DNA of 53,077 nt, the filler included, from Basidiobolus ranarum (Eukaryota): NCBI GenBank assembly GCA_040143965.1. It is 3 parts of 3 records of this genome, joined end to end, with 100 filler letters (N's around TTAATTAATTAA, not from the genome) between each part and the next. Parts side by side here need not be neighbours in the genome. Positions count along the whole stretch, not along the records: positions 1 to 17,645 come from JASJQH010000297.1; 2 more parts are not named here. One strand, given 5' to 3'. The notes below the pieces were generated by a model. That model was not told the origin of the DNA. It made no database searches and saw only the letters and a program-made list of their open reading frames with translations. A program made the translations under genes and the position numbers. Each line of letters opens with the position of its first letter. Position 1 is the first letter of the stretch. Shown piece by piece: positions 1 through 12,908 of this stretch.

Positions 1-99
1 TATATGACTATATAGGTGTTTAGGCAATGCTAATTTCAACACAATATTTACCCAAATCTGACAGGAAATCAATTATTTCAAAAATCCCGCACTTGTTTA

Positions 100-1500
100 A
101 CTTTTAAACTATCACTACACTATTGCAAAGTACTGGCTACTTCAGCAAGGTTAGAATTGTTGGTACTGAATTTTAAGATAAGACTGAATGACTTATGTAG
201 AAGACTCCAAAAAGCATGCTTATCAGACCGCACTATGGAAACAAATACAGCTTTCCTGGAAGTACAAATCCTGGGCAAGCAGGCAAAGTCTGTAATAAAT
301 TTGGGATCATACATTGTATGACTTCTGAGAACATGGAATATCCTTTTTGGCTTGGCCTTGTCTTGGATCAATGCATACAGCTGGGAATAGTAGTGTTCCC
401 AAATATGTGTGTTGAGATGGACCTGTAATATGAGCTAGATTAAAAGCTGATGTATTCCCAGCATGTAACTACATAGCCTAATCATCCCTTAGCATATAGA
501 TAGACTGGGATATATCTAGATTGACCTCCACTGTGCGCAGACTTCTACCTACGGAATACCTGGGCAGTCATCTAGATATGGGTTTGAGTGAGCTATCCAC
601 CATCATGCTGGATCTCTAGAAAACCGAAGGTAGTCTTTGATATATAGTGGCTATTAGTACCTAGCAATGGTACCCAGTATGATTGAATGAAGTTGTACTC
701 ATTACATTATCCAGAACTCTGCCAGTATCTACATAAAGTTCTAGATAGATATTGGCACATAATACAATTGGAGCCAATAGGCAACAAAGTATCTAGAAAA
801 CAACCAGAGGCAGTCAGAAAGCAGCTAATCATGTTTATAGCCATATTCTTGCCTGAATATATATACATTCATTCAAGAGTTGGAGTTCTAGCTATCTCAA
901 TAAATAGTAGCAACAAGGCTAATCTCCTCTTAACGATATCTTATCCCTTTTTAAGTCTACAAAGGATTTATCCAATCGAGTATTTAGAATTACAACTCAA
1001 AAACTCGACAACTTTCGTTTTTATAGCAATATCTACTATCCACTGTGCATGAGATATACGTAGCCAGCTGTCCACTGAAAAAACTGCATTATCCAAGTGT
1101 TGTATAGGAGTCAGGTTTGTAACTTCAGTCAGAATATGATATATATTAGAGCTACTTAGTGAATCCCGTTTCCACCTTCTCTAAATAGCGCGATTTATTG
1201 CTCCATCTATCTTTTTCTTGACTCTTGAAATGTCTTCTACTATCCGGAAATGATCTGTGTAGAAATTCGGAAAAAACCCATGTTTTAGATGACCTTTTCA
1301 AGAGCTGTACTTTCACTGCACTCACATGTTGAAATACGAAGACTACCAACTCAATTAGGTTACAACGCGTTAAATGGTCATTTATTGGCAACTCCTGAAT
1401 CAACACTGATATTTGCAATAATGAGAAGTGAGAGCAATGAGCTGTCCACACTTCGTTTGAAATAAATGCATGGAGTAAATAAGCAGCAGATGCCAATGTC
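100..1500 (-). mobile_element. Highly degenerate Ty3/Gypsy pol relic (RNase H to integrase)
   Basis: Minus-strand fragments in pol order: QLATYISCTV (~PVAYASRTL, ~1040-1070), IYSGKNMAINMISC (~YRPGKANVADALSR, ~820-865), HIWEHYYSQ (~YYWP, ~380-407), and ORF 120-371 with FITDFACLPR (~MDFITGLPR) and SIVRSDKHAFWSLLHKSFSLILKFST (~SIVSDRD..FW..LH...G..LKFST). Broken by stops and frameshifts; boundaries approximate. Confidence 0.6.
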
Positions 1501-1599
1501 ACTGGTATTTACCCAGTACCAATGTTGATCAAAGAAAGGGCTGATGACAGGATCAATAGCCAGTTCTACCACTGTTTTTGTTGCCATTCATAAACAACT

Positions 1600-2650
1600 A
1601 CCGTGTTCCTCAAAATCCTATAAAGATGCCCAGAAAACCTGATGGACTTTCTTAAAAAAGTTATAACTCTGTCCCACCACAACCGCTCATCCATGTGATT
1701 ATCATCAAATAGGACTCAATAACGCTGCATATGCGTAATTCTTTATGGCCGTGAGCTTGTACCCCAATGAGGTGAAACTGCATATTGAAGAACGAAAGGA
1801 ACTACTTTATGGTCACAACTTGACAGCTTCAATCCTTAGTAAACTTTACTAGCTGCCATACCCTTAATAACTAGTGCCGTGTGATGGGTATGCTATGTCT
1901 CCTTTGCGTTAAACATAATGAGGATTAGAGTGAGTAATAGGACTGGGAATCTAGGAATGTTTTAGCCGGAGAGGTTTGGATATAGTCACTCAGCTGGGCT
2001 CCGATTAGTGATAGTTGTATCATCATGGAAGGAAAGAAAAACCGTCTCTGAAGATATGCCTGATCAGTTCTACCAGATACATAGTTATTGAGCAATAATC
2101 CAGAGAATCCACAGGAGTCAAGTGCTCATGTCATATCCGGTATGCTACAGACTAGAAAAGTTTGTGGTAACATGGCAACTGTTTTATTTGGATGGCTACC
2201 AAATAGGGATTGGAATTAGGCTGAGCACTGATCCTTGATGAATGTTGATAAAGGCAAAGGCATCCTGGTACTGACAACACATGGATTTCAAGTTGAGAAG
2301 CATCTCACACCAGGCATTGTCAGACACAAACCAGCCAAAGCCAAAAGAATTACTTGTGAAAGAACACTAGCTCGGTCACTTTAGAGCTATGATTGGTTGG
2401 AGATTTTTACAGGCTGCAAAGTAATTGTCAACCCAGATTCTATTTTGGACATCACACATCCACAGAACTATGCAATGGACTCATGACTACATGCGCCACC
2501 AAACAATTCCACCGGGACTCTTAAAGCCCATGGCTATGTGTGTACTGCATTCATATGCGAAGATAACGCATGACCTTCTGTTTCCAAATGCCTGCCATAT
2601 TGCTATTGTTGTATGCAGGATAATCCATCACTTCATTTAAAGAAATTGCC
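1600..2650 (+). mobile_element. Highly degenerate Ty3/Gypsy pol relic (RT, RNase H, integrase fragments)
   Basis: Collinear degenerate motifs: RKPDG (1632), DYHQI (1697, ~GYHQI), VILYG (1735, ~VMPFG), QVLMSYPVCYRLEK (2119, ~GAVLMQ..PVAY.S.KL), KEH*LGHF (2359, integrase zinc-finger His pair), PPGLLKPM (~2510, ~GLLQPL). No intact ORF. Confidence 0.5.
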
Positions 2651-2799
2651 AAATCAATTCAGATCTGAGCCCTTATCCGACTCATTGGTCATTCAACTGT
2701 TACAGACGTTACCTGAGATTTTCGACGTATCTTGTATGGTGCCCCCAGATCCGTAGGCTTCATTGTAGTGCTGCAACAATATTGCACTACTTCTGCTGG

Positions 2800-4100
2800 T
2801 CTATACAAATTAGGTAGGCCTATATGCTAATCCTTGGTCACGCGGAGTTGGAGTTGAGTAGTTGAGTATCATCGCTAATAATAGTTGATCTCTGTATTAA
2901 TCGAGTCGGCCGCAAACGCTGTAAATGTCGTAGTAGAGATCGATTAGAATGGCATTGAGGTGCAGCTTCTGATATGACAACGGATAACGGCTGAATTCTT
3001 ACGAGAATTCTTTGGGCTGAGGCATTACACTATTTACCGATTGAATGTTGATTATGAGCAGAATTGTTTTACCTATCCAGCCTGGATATGTAACATTGAC
3101 TCGTGCTAGAAAATAAACAACCTCTTTCCCAAGCACATGCTGCAGTGCACGCCTTTGTACCAAAGAGTTCTACTATCTAAGGTGTTCCTTTGAGCAAGTG
3201 AGTGAACCGAGCCAGGGTATCAACATTATCTCTATTTCGCATTCAGCCTTGATGCTTCTGAAAGTGGAAACTGTTTCGCAAGAGGTGGTTCAATTTAAAC
3301 AGGTATTTTGCAATTCTTGACATCTGTAATTCCTTGCCACCATAAACAGTATGTGAAACTACGAAAGAGCTCCCAGTAATTGAATGTCCCCAATTCGAAA
3401 TCAAACATCTACTTTACAACGCCGAAAACATGTGGAGATACCTAGCAAACTGACCCCATCGTAAATCGTCAAGCCCAAGTTGAAGTGTGACCGCTGTATC
3501 TATTAGTAAATTTAGCAACAATGATCGGAAGTTCGTGGCATAGTCCTTCCTCTTGGCTACATATCTTCCCAAAATCGATATGGAGTAGCGTGCCATTTCT
3601 ATCCGGTGCAGTGGCACTCTTTTGTTATTATCATCTACGGATGGCTCGTTGTCAAACACTGTGGTTGTGGTTGTGCTTGCATTTCTGAGACATCCTTCTC
3701 ATTTTTAGCTACTGTACACATATTAAGCATCTTTATGCCTTTGCCCATTCTTGGTTGATTTGTTATCGCGTAAATCTTGTCATGCTACATCGTTAGGTGA
3801 TTCAACATGGATTTCTACCTCTCTACCACATATTTGTCGGGCTTTTCTACACTTTAGGGTTCATATGGACCTTATCGTTAATACAGAAGCAAATTTCTTT
3901 TGAGGATTAAACTGGTTATCAGCTAGAAATAACTTAAAACCGTAATGATATTTCAAATGTACCTTCCATTGGGGTATTCTTAATTCATTACCTAAATAAT
4001 ACTGAACTCGACCAAGACATTTGAGCAGTGATTCTCTGAGCTTCTTATTCACAGCAATATCTGTATGGACTTTAGCCAATCTCAATAATGTTAATTATGA
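2800..4100 (-). mobile_element. Possible degenerate LTR-retrotransposon relic (gag/protease/RT fragments)
   Basis: LLIDTA in ORF 3414-3659 resembles the aspartic protease LIDSGA motif; a VMP-like RT motif lies near 3005-3030 on the minus strand. Weak and fragmentary. Confidence 0.35.
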
Positions 4101-4939
4101 AGAAGTAACGTTCCACATTGTGGGATTGGTGTTCTTCTTTAGGTATGTCCTTGAACATGTTTAGGCCTTTGGCTTTTTAAAATTGGATGACTTTGATTTG
4201 ATTTATTTTGTGACGGGTGAATGCTTAGTTATAAATTTCTGTACAGTTGTATGCCATTAATTCACAAAACGACGAGCATAGCAAAACCTCGGCAGGATAT
4301 GTCCAAAATTCAACAACTACGATAATAATAAATCGTGTTCTAATGTTTGTGGGAGGAATTTCTGCGAGGTATTGGAGGAATCGTTCATTAGTAGTGTCAA
4401 TGACACAATCTCTTATGTAAATATTACATTAGGAGCTTCGGCATCTTGCCATCAACGAAAAAATCTCTAGACTTCCGGAGCCGGAAGCTATCTGCATATT
4501 CATTAGATTTCATCTTTGTATCAAGATTTAGAGATGTATCGACAGAGCCTAGGCCCCCGCATACTACATCGCACAAATTTAGAGTGCATCTGTATCAAGT
4601 TACGATGGGGTATTAAGATGCTGGTGCAAGCCACAGCATGTTTAGTTGTCGTGTGGTTGTCACTACTGCTCGTTCAACGTTTGGTGTCTGCAATACAACT
4701 AAGATCAACCTATATCCCTAAACGCAGTAAGTAGCACCTTGCTCTTGGCTTCTAAATCAAATGGAATTTACTTTAATATCATTGGAGATGGATTCCATTA
4801 GTTGCTGTGATAGCATTCATCGATGGCAGTTGATTCACATCTAGTCAAACCTAGCCACTAGTGAGAACGAATATGCATTTACATAGACTTGCCAGGAGTC
4901 CGCAGCGACACAAAGTCATCAGATGCAACTTGTACGCTT

Positions 4940-5283
4940 CACGCTCATCGAATCTTTGGCCCTAGTACAAGCTGGGGGTTTCCAGAGGTCAAATCAATAA
5001 TGTATCGAGCTTTAACCAGCTGGGGCTGCTAGTGCGTGGGGATAACTCGCCCACCTGGGTATTCCATTCAAAATATCCGTAAGTTGGAGGAGAGATGGTC
5101 AAAGAAAAGAAGTTTGAACCTAAACACGTTTTAGCCATTCATCAGCTAGTTCGAAAACTCCTCATGGAAGCCATATCCAATCAAGCACCACCTGTCTCGG
5201 AGCTTTCAAGACATTCATTCGTGAGGCCAAGTATCATGGTCGTTGGACAAAAACCAGGCCGTGGAAAGCTACTAATACGTTAA
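4940..5283 (+). mobile_element. Possible integrase C-terminal (GPY/F, chromodomain-like) relic
   Basis: Degenerate GP..V, INN..EL and VFH..I elements followed by KKFEPKHVL in ORF 5095-5283. Recognised by eye only. Confidence 0.25.
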
Positions 5284-8200
5284 TACACGATGAGCAATAT
5301 GTTTGAGAGTCACTCATCAGAAGGTTCGAAAGAATCAATTATTTATCGGATCCTTCAATCGCATAGTTGCTGGTAATATGACGTTGTTAAACTATATCTC
5401 GAGTGCATCTGTACGTGTTCAGGTTTGTTATTGCTCTCTAATGGATTCGCCAAATGCAGTAAGAATTGATTAGCAGTAACTGGCTTTCGCATGATTGTTT
5501 GATCTAATGAAATCGGAAATCACAGGCTAACTATCGTAATCCTCCAAGCAAGTTATTTAGAGTCCTGTGTATCAAGGCGGTGATTAATAAGCCAGGCTCT
5601 GGTGTGTTGAACATTGATTTCGAGAGTGGGATCGCGGAAAGACTCTTTCCCGAATAGGACCATTTCCTATTGATCCTATCCCCAGCTTGACTGGCTGGTC
5701 AGTGTGGATAAGGAACGCTGTAGAAACTCCTAATCGGTCGTTTCTATTAAAATCTGCCACCTATGATTCTCCTCGATGCCCACTCCAAATTGGTCCAATC
5801 TTTCGCTTTTAAGTAGTGTACTTTATGAAGCTACAGCGCATATCATAGGACTGGCGATGTTTCACACTTGAGCATATGGACCGGCCAATACAGCCATGTT
5901 TTGGATAATGCTGTATGGGCACAATCAGACTAGAGACCAATTACTTTAGATTAGAATGTCTCAAATTTGGAACCGTTTTGGAGGTCATTTAACCACAAAG
6001 AGATATGCCAGCAGTTGACAGGAGCTAAGCACACAAAGGCTTTTTATCGGAATTGAGTGGCATACTCAAGACACCAGCGCCATTTCTGAACAAGCGTCCC
6101 AAACACCACAGTGGAAGAAAGAATATCAGGATTAGAAGTGCACAAGCAGCCACAGGTGACTCAATAGACAAATCAGAGGATTACTAAGAGTTGTGCTGGA
6201 GGACCTGACAAGAAACCGATTCAATAGACTTGCGTCACTCGTCTGGTGCAATCCTTCTTGGCGATACAACGGTTTGAATGTGCTTGGAATTTAATTAATT
6301 TGGTGTAGGATTAAATAATTAAGTCATAGTCACTGAAAAGGCTATAGTTGGAAACCAGAGGCTTCCTCACCGCAAATAAACCAAGCCTACTGTTGACAAC
6401 TTGGCTGTCCAACCAACGATGGAAACGGGGAAACTAAATCAGTCGGGGAAAGATAATCGGCCACAAATAGTGTCTGAAATACCGCAACCTGACAGATTCA
6501 AAGTGAAATTAGCTGTTGCTAATGTAACCCTCATTCTTACCCTAGCAAGGTAACAAAGTCTATACGAATCGGTCTCTTAGCATGATTGGTCATTTGAGGA
6601 AGAAACCGGATTAATGACAAAAACACCAGTAGGGGGCATTAAGAGTGCACAATAATGTATGTGATAAGGTAATGGTCACCCTCTATCTCACTTTCCATGT
6701 CCCCCATGACTTTGTGACATGCACCTGATCAGCTCACGAGTTGCATCCACCATTCATGCAGTCAACAAAGCTTGTCAAGACATACCATCCCCTGAATCAA
6801 AGGTAATCGTGATAATGAGACTAACCCACTGAATATATCCGAGAATAAACAAGTCAAAGATTCACACGCATTGGATGGAATACCTTGACCTCCTCTTGAC
6901 CATCCATTGATACTGGTTCTTACCATTAGCTTTTGTTGATAAAAATGACATACGCTGATCTTTTGATGGAATCTGCTAATTCAAGAACTAGTCTCACATT
7001 TTCCAATTGTCATTCCAAACTTGAATCACTTCTTAGTCAAGCCGGTTGTCTTGGACATGATATAGTTGGAAATAGTAATGTTTGCATGTAGAACAGGGCG
7101 CTCAATCCTAACAGACATGGTTAACGTATGACTCGGAGATTAGCCTATTCGAAACCGCACTCTGGTGTCATTGAAGTATCTTCGATTCGTGGCGTATTTC
7201 TTCAGCGTCTCTTTCCTTCGAATTTTACTTGCTGCCCAACTCTCCCTACAAGAACTGAATAGCCAATAAATATAGCGTTTCCATCCAAAAAGGAAGTCCT
7301 CGGAGATGACACTAAATCATTAATTGCTTCACTCTGTCATGGTAATTCTTGAAGGCTATGCTTTACTTCTTCTGTGCCCAACCAACAGCTATTAATCCCC
7401 TCGAATTCAACTCCACACCCGAAATCGATGGCTCTTCAGTTTCTAACCCCATCTTCAACTTGATGTTTTCTAAAGTATCTCTTTTCTTGTTTTATTGAAG
7501 TAGACCAGTTAAGATCCACGTTGATTTAAGTTTTCGGGTGCAACCGGGTTTTCTACATTGTCTCCATACCCATTTTAGGGATAAATGTGTCACAGGCTCC
7601 GTTAGGAAGCGTGCCTTCTTAGGTCAAATGGCTGTTTGAGCCCACGAAATTCAATGAATAGCATTGAAGTCTCCATAACTAAACTGGCATATACACGACA
7701 ATCCTTCTACTTTTTACTTTAGTCACAGTACAGATATCATGTATTATGAACAGTCGAGATGCCAGTCATGGATTACTATATCCGTGCCATTTAAGGTACA
7801 CTCGTTGTTACTTAAGAAAGAGGGAGATTGCTTACTGATAACATATGTAAATGAAGTACCGGTCTTGAAAGCAAAATCCAGGCGAACAAGAGCTCGTTGA
7901 GAATCAGTTATTTTCGCAACATTTCATACAGCCAAAGCGTAGTTGTGGTGCATAGAAATTGTGATAAAAGTATGGTATTTCCGAACAGCTTGATCAGTTT
8001 TCGTACTTGGCTCACACAAAACACGAACTATGTAGTGAGTAATCGTATCGATCTCTATGGGTATAACCTATATTCACTGTGAGCAGGACCAGTATTTGTT
8101 TACTACGCTTTCAATTGGAGATTGATTAGATTACTCTTTTGGTAGCTTCTTCGCAAAGTCAGATCATACCCATAGTGCCCTTGAATAAACCATATGCAGC

Positions 8201-9456
8201 ATGATGGATAAATACTCCCTTAAAATGATGGCTTTCATTTGGGTTGCAGATGAATTATATATGGGATAAATTGAAACCCAGTGATACTTCCATTACCATT
8301 TGCACTAAATTAACTAGGGCTTTTCTAGAAATCGGCATATTCAAGTATGTGATACTAATTGCGGTGATGAAATCACAAGGGGGAGTCAAGAAGTCTTTGT
8401 AAAGAACAGGTGGCTTCTGATCGTCGACTGAAGGAGAATACTTCTTATTATAGCATAGCTACTAAAAACAACGGACACATGTTTTACACTCATAATCTGC
8501 TCCTTAGGTCAACCCATTGAAGGTCGATGCCACTTGGACACCACGTCTTTACATGTGATTTTCTTCTCTTTGGTCGAAGTATTAAATGTCACTTTTAAGA
8601 TTGGTGTAATGGCTACTGCTCATAGCCTCGTCGGTCACATTGGTGCTGGTATATACTTTGATTTAACATATCATGTTGTTGCGGTAGGGTACTGAAATAT
8701 GGGTTTATGAATCTAGTGGTTTCTTGGATGCATTGCAGCAATGATCTTGGAGCACATCGTGGCTCATGAAAAGTATAATTAAAGACCGGTGGAATTCCAA
8801 AGGGCTTACGTATACTAGGGCCTTTGGATTATCTGCAATCCGCTTTCCAACCACCAGCGCTCTTCATGGCAGCTCCAAATAACCTATAGCAAACCATCCA
8901 TAGTATATTGATATCAATCAATCAGTTTAAGAGCAGCCTTTTCTTACCAAGTGTCAGAGTTCAAGATAATTGTATTGATAGACCATATTTGCAGCGGTGG
9001 TGTTTCATTCATCAGCTTGTTTGATTCCAGTTTTCGATAATTTCAAGCCTAACTCTTCCTTGCGCTTGGTATCAATGCGGGTTGGTAAGATACCAACTCA
9101 CCCTGCCTCCCTGATTGGCTCTGGGCCCGAGTACAAAACTGGGGCGTTCTAGTGGCCAAACAGCTCATAAAATACGATCGACTTAATCGACTTTTTAGCT
9201 CCAAGCGAGGCCAACATCATTATGGTGACTAGGAATTCGATGTTTCAAACAGTATATAGCTCAGAATATTGGCTAGTGTTATGCGCACGAGTTTATTGGT
9301 CAAAGAAGTCTCCTGTTTTACAACTTTTCATTGAAATTGATGGAATTCAGTGGGACCAAAAAGGACACTCTGAATTTGTTGGCTCTTTGTTTTCCCCAAC
9401 AAAATCCATAGTTCAAAATATATCGGGTGACCATTCATGGAGGCCGGTTACTTCTG

Positions 9457-9464
9457 TATATAAA
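9457..9464 (+). promoter_or_regulatory. Candidate TATA box of the CSL gene
   Basis: TATATAAA about 400 nt upstream of ATG 9864, followed by a pyrimidine-rich leader. Confidence 0.35.
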
Positions 9465-9863
9465 GGCCGGCATTCTGCCATCGATGATTATTTTGATAAT
9501 ACTCGGCTCGACAAGAGTTACCTTATTCCAACATTATTATTTCAGTCTTCCTTGGTTCCGTGATCTAGGATACTCACTGTTGTTCCTTTTTCAATTTTGC
9601 ATCTTTTCTTGTTGGAGTATCCTCCCGTCTGCTTGACTAGCACTCTGCTGAATACTCTCGGCTGTATACTTTCAACTTCAACTGTTTATAAGGCTATACA
9701 TTCATTCCCTCACTTTCGTGTCTTTCTACCTAATTTTGTTGGAAACATATTTTGGCTGGTCCCCTGTTGTGTTCAGTCGGTCACTAGGCTATCTCAAGAG
9801 TCTAAATAGTTTATCAAATTCATCTCCTTTGCTTTTCCCAATCATCGCTTCCAATATCTAGTT

Positions 9864-12800
9864 ATGGGCTACTCATCCTATCCCTCTCCATCATACTTCC
9901 AAACAATTCCTGAAGATTCAACTACATCCAACATGAAAAAGCGCAGTTTTGATATGAGCTCTCAAGTGTCCTCTATCCCCGTTTATCATCGTCACAATTC
10001 ACACAATGGCCATATAATGTCACCAGGATCGAACTGGACTCCCGAAATGCACGGTGGTGATTTGTCCTATTCCGAGCCTGCTACCCCTAGCCTCCTGAAC
10101 TCAGGAGGCTCGTGGACATTTGGCTCTGATGTCCCTTCCTCTCTCCAGGAAATGAAACTAGAACACTTTGATCCTTCATTAGATATGACGTCGCTGGTCC
10201 CTGGTACCCTGCCCAAGCAAGAGAATTTCGGTCTGTTATTTCCTTTTGATGATTTTGAAATCAGAAATGGGTCCTTCGACAGTCAATCTAACTCACATCA
10301 ACAAAACCATCACCTGGGACGCTCACATTCCTCCTCCTCTCTAAATAGCTATTCCCCATCCTTCCCATCTGTTCATGACTCCTCTATGTCGATTCACGAA
10401 GGAATGCTCTCGAATTCTATGGATGAGCCACCGTATTATCAACGGCAGCTGAAAAACGCACAGTTTAATCGCCTACGAATGACCTCTGAAAACCACTCCG
10501 AATTTGGTAGCTCTCTAACTAGTCCTGTGGATTCTGGTTTTTGCACACCTATTGATAGCTACGCTTCTAGTCCGATACTTTCACATTCAAATATAAGTCA
10601 CAGAAGTTACTTTCCCACCGAGTATATCGATTCCCATAGACGTCCTAGCATCACCACTGGTCTTCAATCTCTTCATATGACTGACGAGCTCTCCCTAAAC
10701 TCTGCCCTATCTCTTACTCAGGCCCCGTCTTCTTTATCTGCCCCACTTTCCATTGATTCGTTTTTGGATACTAATCAAGATCTATCTGGAGCTTTACTTC
10801 ACTCCCCTGATGCCTTGGATCTAGTTCACGGTCATTTTTACAATGATAAACTCCACTTAGATCATCACTCAGCATTCTCTACAAACCCAAGCCACGAAGA
10901 TATCATGAATGGTACCCAAAGCACCACTTATCACGGATTCCATGATGGAGCTCCTCCACCTCCTACACTATCACCGCCATCGTCCCCGAATACTGAAAAT
11001 GGTTTAACCCCGGTTTCCCCCGCTAATGGTGTGAACTACTCTTTGGGATGCAAGATTGAGTTATGTCAAAATGGCAGCTCTGCATTGAAGCCCCTTGTTC
11101 ATAACTACGTGTCTTCACCTAATTCACTGTTAAATGGTGAGAAGACTGTTGTTATCCTCACATCGAAAGTGGCCCAGAAATCATATGGAACCGAGAAGCG
11201 ATTCCTCTGTCCTCCTCCGACTGTCCTTCTCCTAGGTCAAAATTGGCGTATGAATACATACCATAAAAATGGTTCATCTACTGATGGCTCTGCATTAGTA
11301 AGTCCCAAGCTTACAATTGGTATACCTGGTGAATCTGGTCAGCAACAAGGAGTTCTTGAATGGTCGGGTCCCTCCAGTCCTTCGGTAGATTCATCTATGA
11401 TGGAGTCCGGATCTGTAGGAAGATGCGTTGCGAAACATTTGTTTATCAATGATGCTGATGAAAAGCGCAAGCGCGTTGAAGTTCTAGTAAATGTTCAATC
11501 CTCATCAGGACAGCCTATGGGTACATTTGTTTCAAAACCTATCAAAGTTATTTCAAAACCATCAAAAAAACGTCAAAGCGTTAAAAACATGGAACTTTGC
11601 ATACATCATGGAACTACAATCTCCCTATTCAATCGCATCCGCTCACAAACAGTATCAACGAAGTATCTTGGAGTTTCCACTCCTTCATCGTCTTCAAATA
11701 CATTTGTGAATGCAAAATGGCCCTCCAATATGAATCACATTGGCTCCTCAAATGATTCTGCATGCTTTGTAGCTAGAACTGGCCGTTGGGATCCGTTTGT
11801 TATTTGGCTAGTTGACTTAAACAAAAGGAATGCCCCTCCATCCGAGCAAAACTCAACTCAACCACCACCCGGTTTCCCTGCCCCTCCTACCATAGCTGTT
11901 CACCCTCAAGAATATGCCATGTCATTTTCACCTGGCTCCGATCCAAGAACTGGCTCTGATGGTAAAACACCCATTCCCATCCACTACAACCAACCTGTTG
12001 TTCTACAGTGTCTATCCACTGGCTTAATCAGCCCAGTGATGATTATTCGTAAAGTTGACAAGGGCAGTTTAGTGGTTGGCAATGGGACTGGTACTGGTCG
12101 AGAGGAAATGCTTGGCGATCCGGTTTCCCAATTACATAAAGTCGCCTTTCAAATCGTTGAAGATGCTTTAGAGGAAGATACACCGTTTCCAGCTCGTTCC
12201 TCCGCTGGCTCATACCTTGTTTGTCTTGGAGATGTTGTTGGTGTACAACGTTCCAATGAAGGCCGTAAATTCGATTCCCCTCCCATCCCGAAGCCCCCTA
12301 CTCGTTCTGAATCATTACCTGATGTCTTGGAAAATCCTACATACGAAAGCTTACCGAATGGAATGATCGCAAATGAAAATGAAAATGGCTCTCGTAAAAG
12401 ACGTGCACTTAGCATCACTACAAACGGATCCCATGTAAAAGCATCTAAAGCCGGTAGAAGGAATTCTGTTAGGGATGACCTGCTATCTAATAATGACTCG
12501 AGTCCTCAAAATATATGGTCGGAGGACGTATCAGACACTGCAGTATGGACCATTGTTGGCACTGATTGTGTGCAGTACTCATTTTACACACCCAGTTCAA
12601 GTACACTTGGCAATGAACCCATAGTCAATCCTATTACTCCAATTCCATTTATCACACATATTATCCCTGCTACCCAAAACGGTGCGCCCAACGTCCTCAC
12701 CATTTACGGGGAAAACCTCACTCCCGATCTCTCAGTTTGGTTCGGGGAGATTCAAAGTAAAATCACCGAATTCAAATGCCGTGAAAGCACCATTTGTACT

Positions 12801-12908
12801 CCACCTGTTGCAGGACAAAATGGAGTCACGGAAGGCACTTCATTCCCAATTTTGCTGGTCAGAAATGATGGAGTAGTATATAAGACAGGAAAATTCTACA
12901 CAGTATAA
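9864..12908 (+). CDS. Fungal CSL (CBF1/Su(H)/LAG-1) family transcription factor, intronless, 1014 aa
   Basis: LAG1 DNA-binding signatures SKVAQKSYGTEKRFLCPPP, KHLFINDAD-KRK and SKPIKVISKPSKK. Beta-trefoil signature SLFNRIRSQTVSTKYL, then LISPVMIIRKVDK, DPVSQLHKVAF and WTIVGTD. C-terminal IPT-like region (LTIYGENLTPDLSVWFG...PILLVRNDGVVY). About 390-aa Ser/Pro/His-rich N-terminal extension. Confidence 0.96.
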   Translation: MGYSSYPSPSYFQTIPEDSTTSNMKKRSFDMSSQVSSIPVYHRHNSHNGHIMSPGSNWTPEMHGGDLSYSEPATPSLLNSGGSWTFGSDVPSSLQEMKLEHFDPSLDMTSLVPGTLPKQENFGLLFPFDDFEIRNGSFDSQSNSHQQNHHLGRSHSSSSLNSYSPSFPSVHDSSMSIHEGMLSNSMDEPPYYQRQLKNAQFNRLRMTSENHSEFGSSLTSPVDSGFCTPIDSYASSPILSHSNISHRSYFPTEYIDSHRRPSITTGLQSLHMTDELSLNSALSLTQAPSSLSAPLSIDSFLDTNQDLSGALLHSPDALDLVHGHFYNDKLHLDHHSAFSTNPSHEDIMNGTQSTTYHGFHDGAPPPPTLSPPSSPNTENGLTPVSPANGVNYSLGCKIELCQNGSSALKPLVHNYVSSPNSLLNGEKTVVILTSKVAQKSYGTEKRFLCPPPTVLLLGQNWRMNTYHKNGSSTDGSALVSPKLTIGIPGESGQQQGVLEWSGPSSPSVDSSMMESGSVGRCVAKHLFINDADEKRKRVEVLVNVQSSSGQPMGTFVSKPIKVISKPSKKRQSVKNMELCIHHGTTISLFNRIRSQTVSTKYLGVSTPSSSSNTFVNAKWPSNMNHIGSSNDSACFVARTGRWDPFVIWLVDLNKRNAPPSEQNSTQPPPGFPAPPTIAVHPQEYAMSFSPGSDPRTGSDGKTPIPIHYNQPVVLQCLSTGLISPVMIIRKVDKGSLVVGNGTGTGREEMLGDPVSQLHKVAFQIVEDALEEDTPFPARSSAGSYLVCLGDVVGVQRSNEGRKFDSPPIPKPPTRSESLPDVLENPTYESLPNGMIANENENGSRKRRALSITTNGSHVKASKAGRRNSVRDDLLSNNDSSPQNIWSEDVSDTAVWTIVGTDCVQYSFYTPSSSTLGNEPIVNPITPIPFITHIIPATQNGAPNVLTIYGENLTPDLSVWFGEIQSKITEFKCRESTICTPPVAGQNGVTEGTSFPILLVRNDGVVYKTGKFYTV

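Noticed and set aside
5300..9200. Further possible retroelement fragments (for example FRHYL near 6470-6490, minus strand)
   Set aside because: Isolated short motif matches are too weak to assign or delimit by eye.
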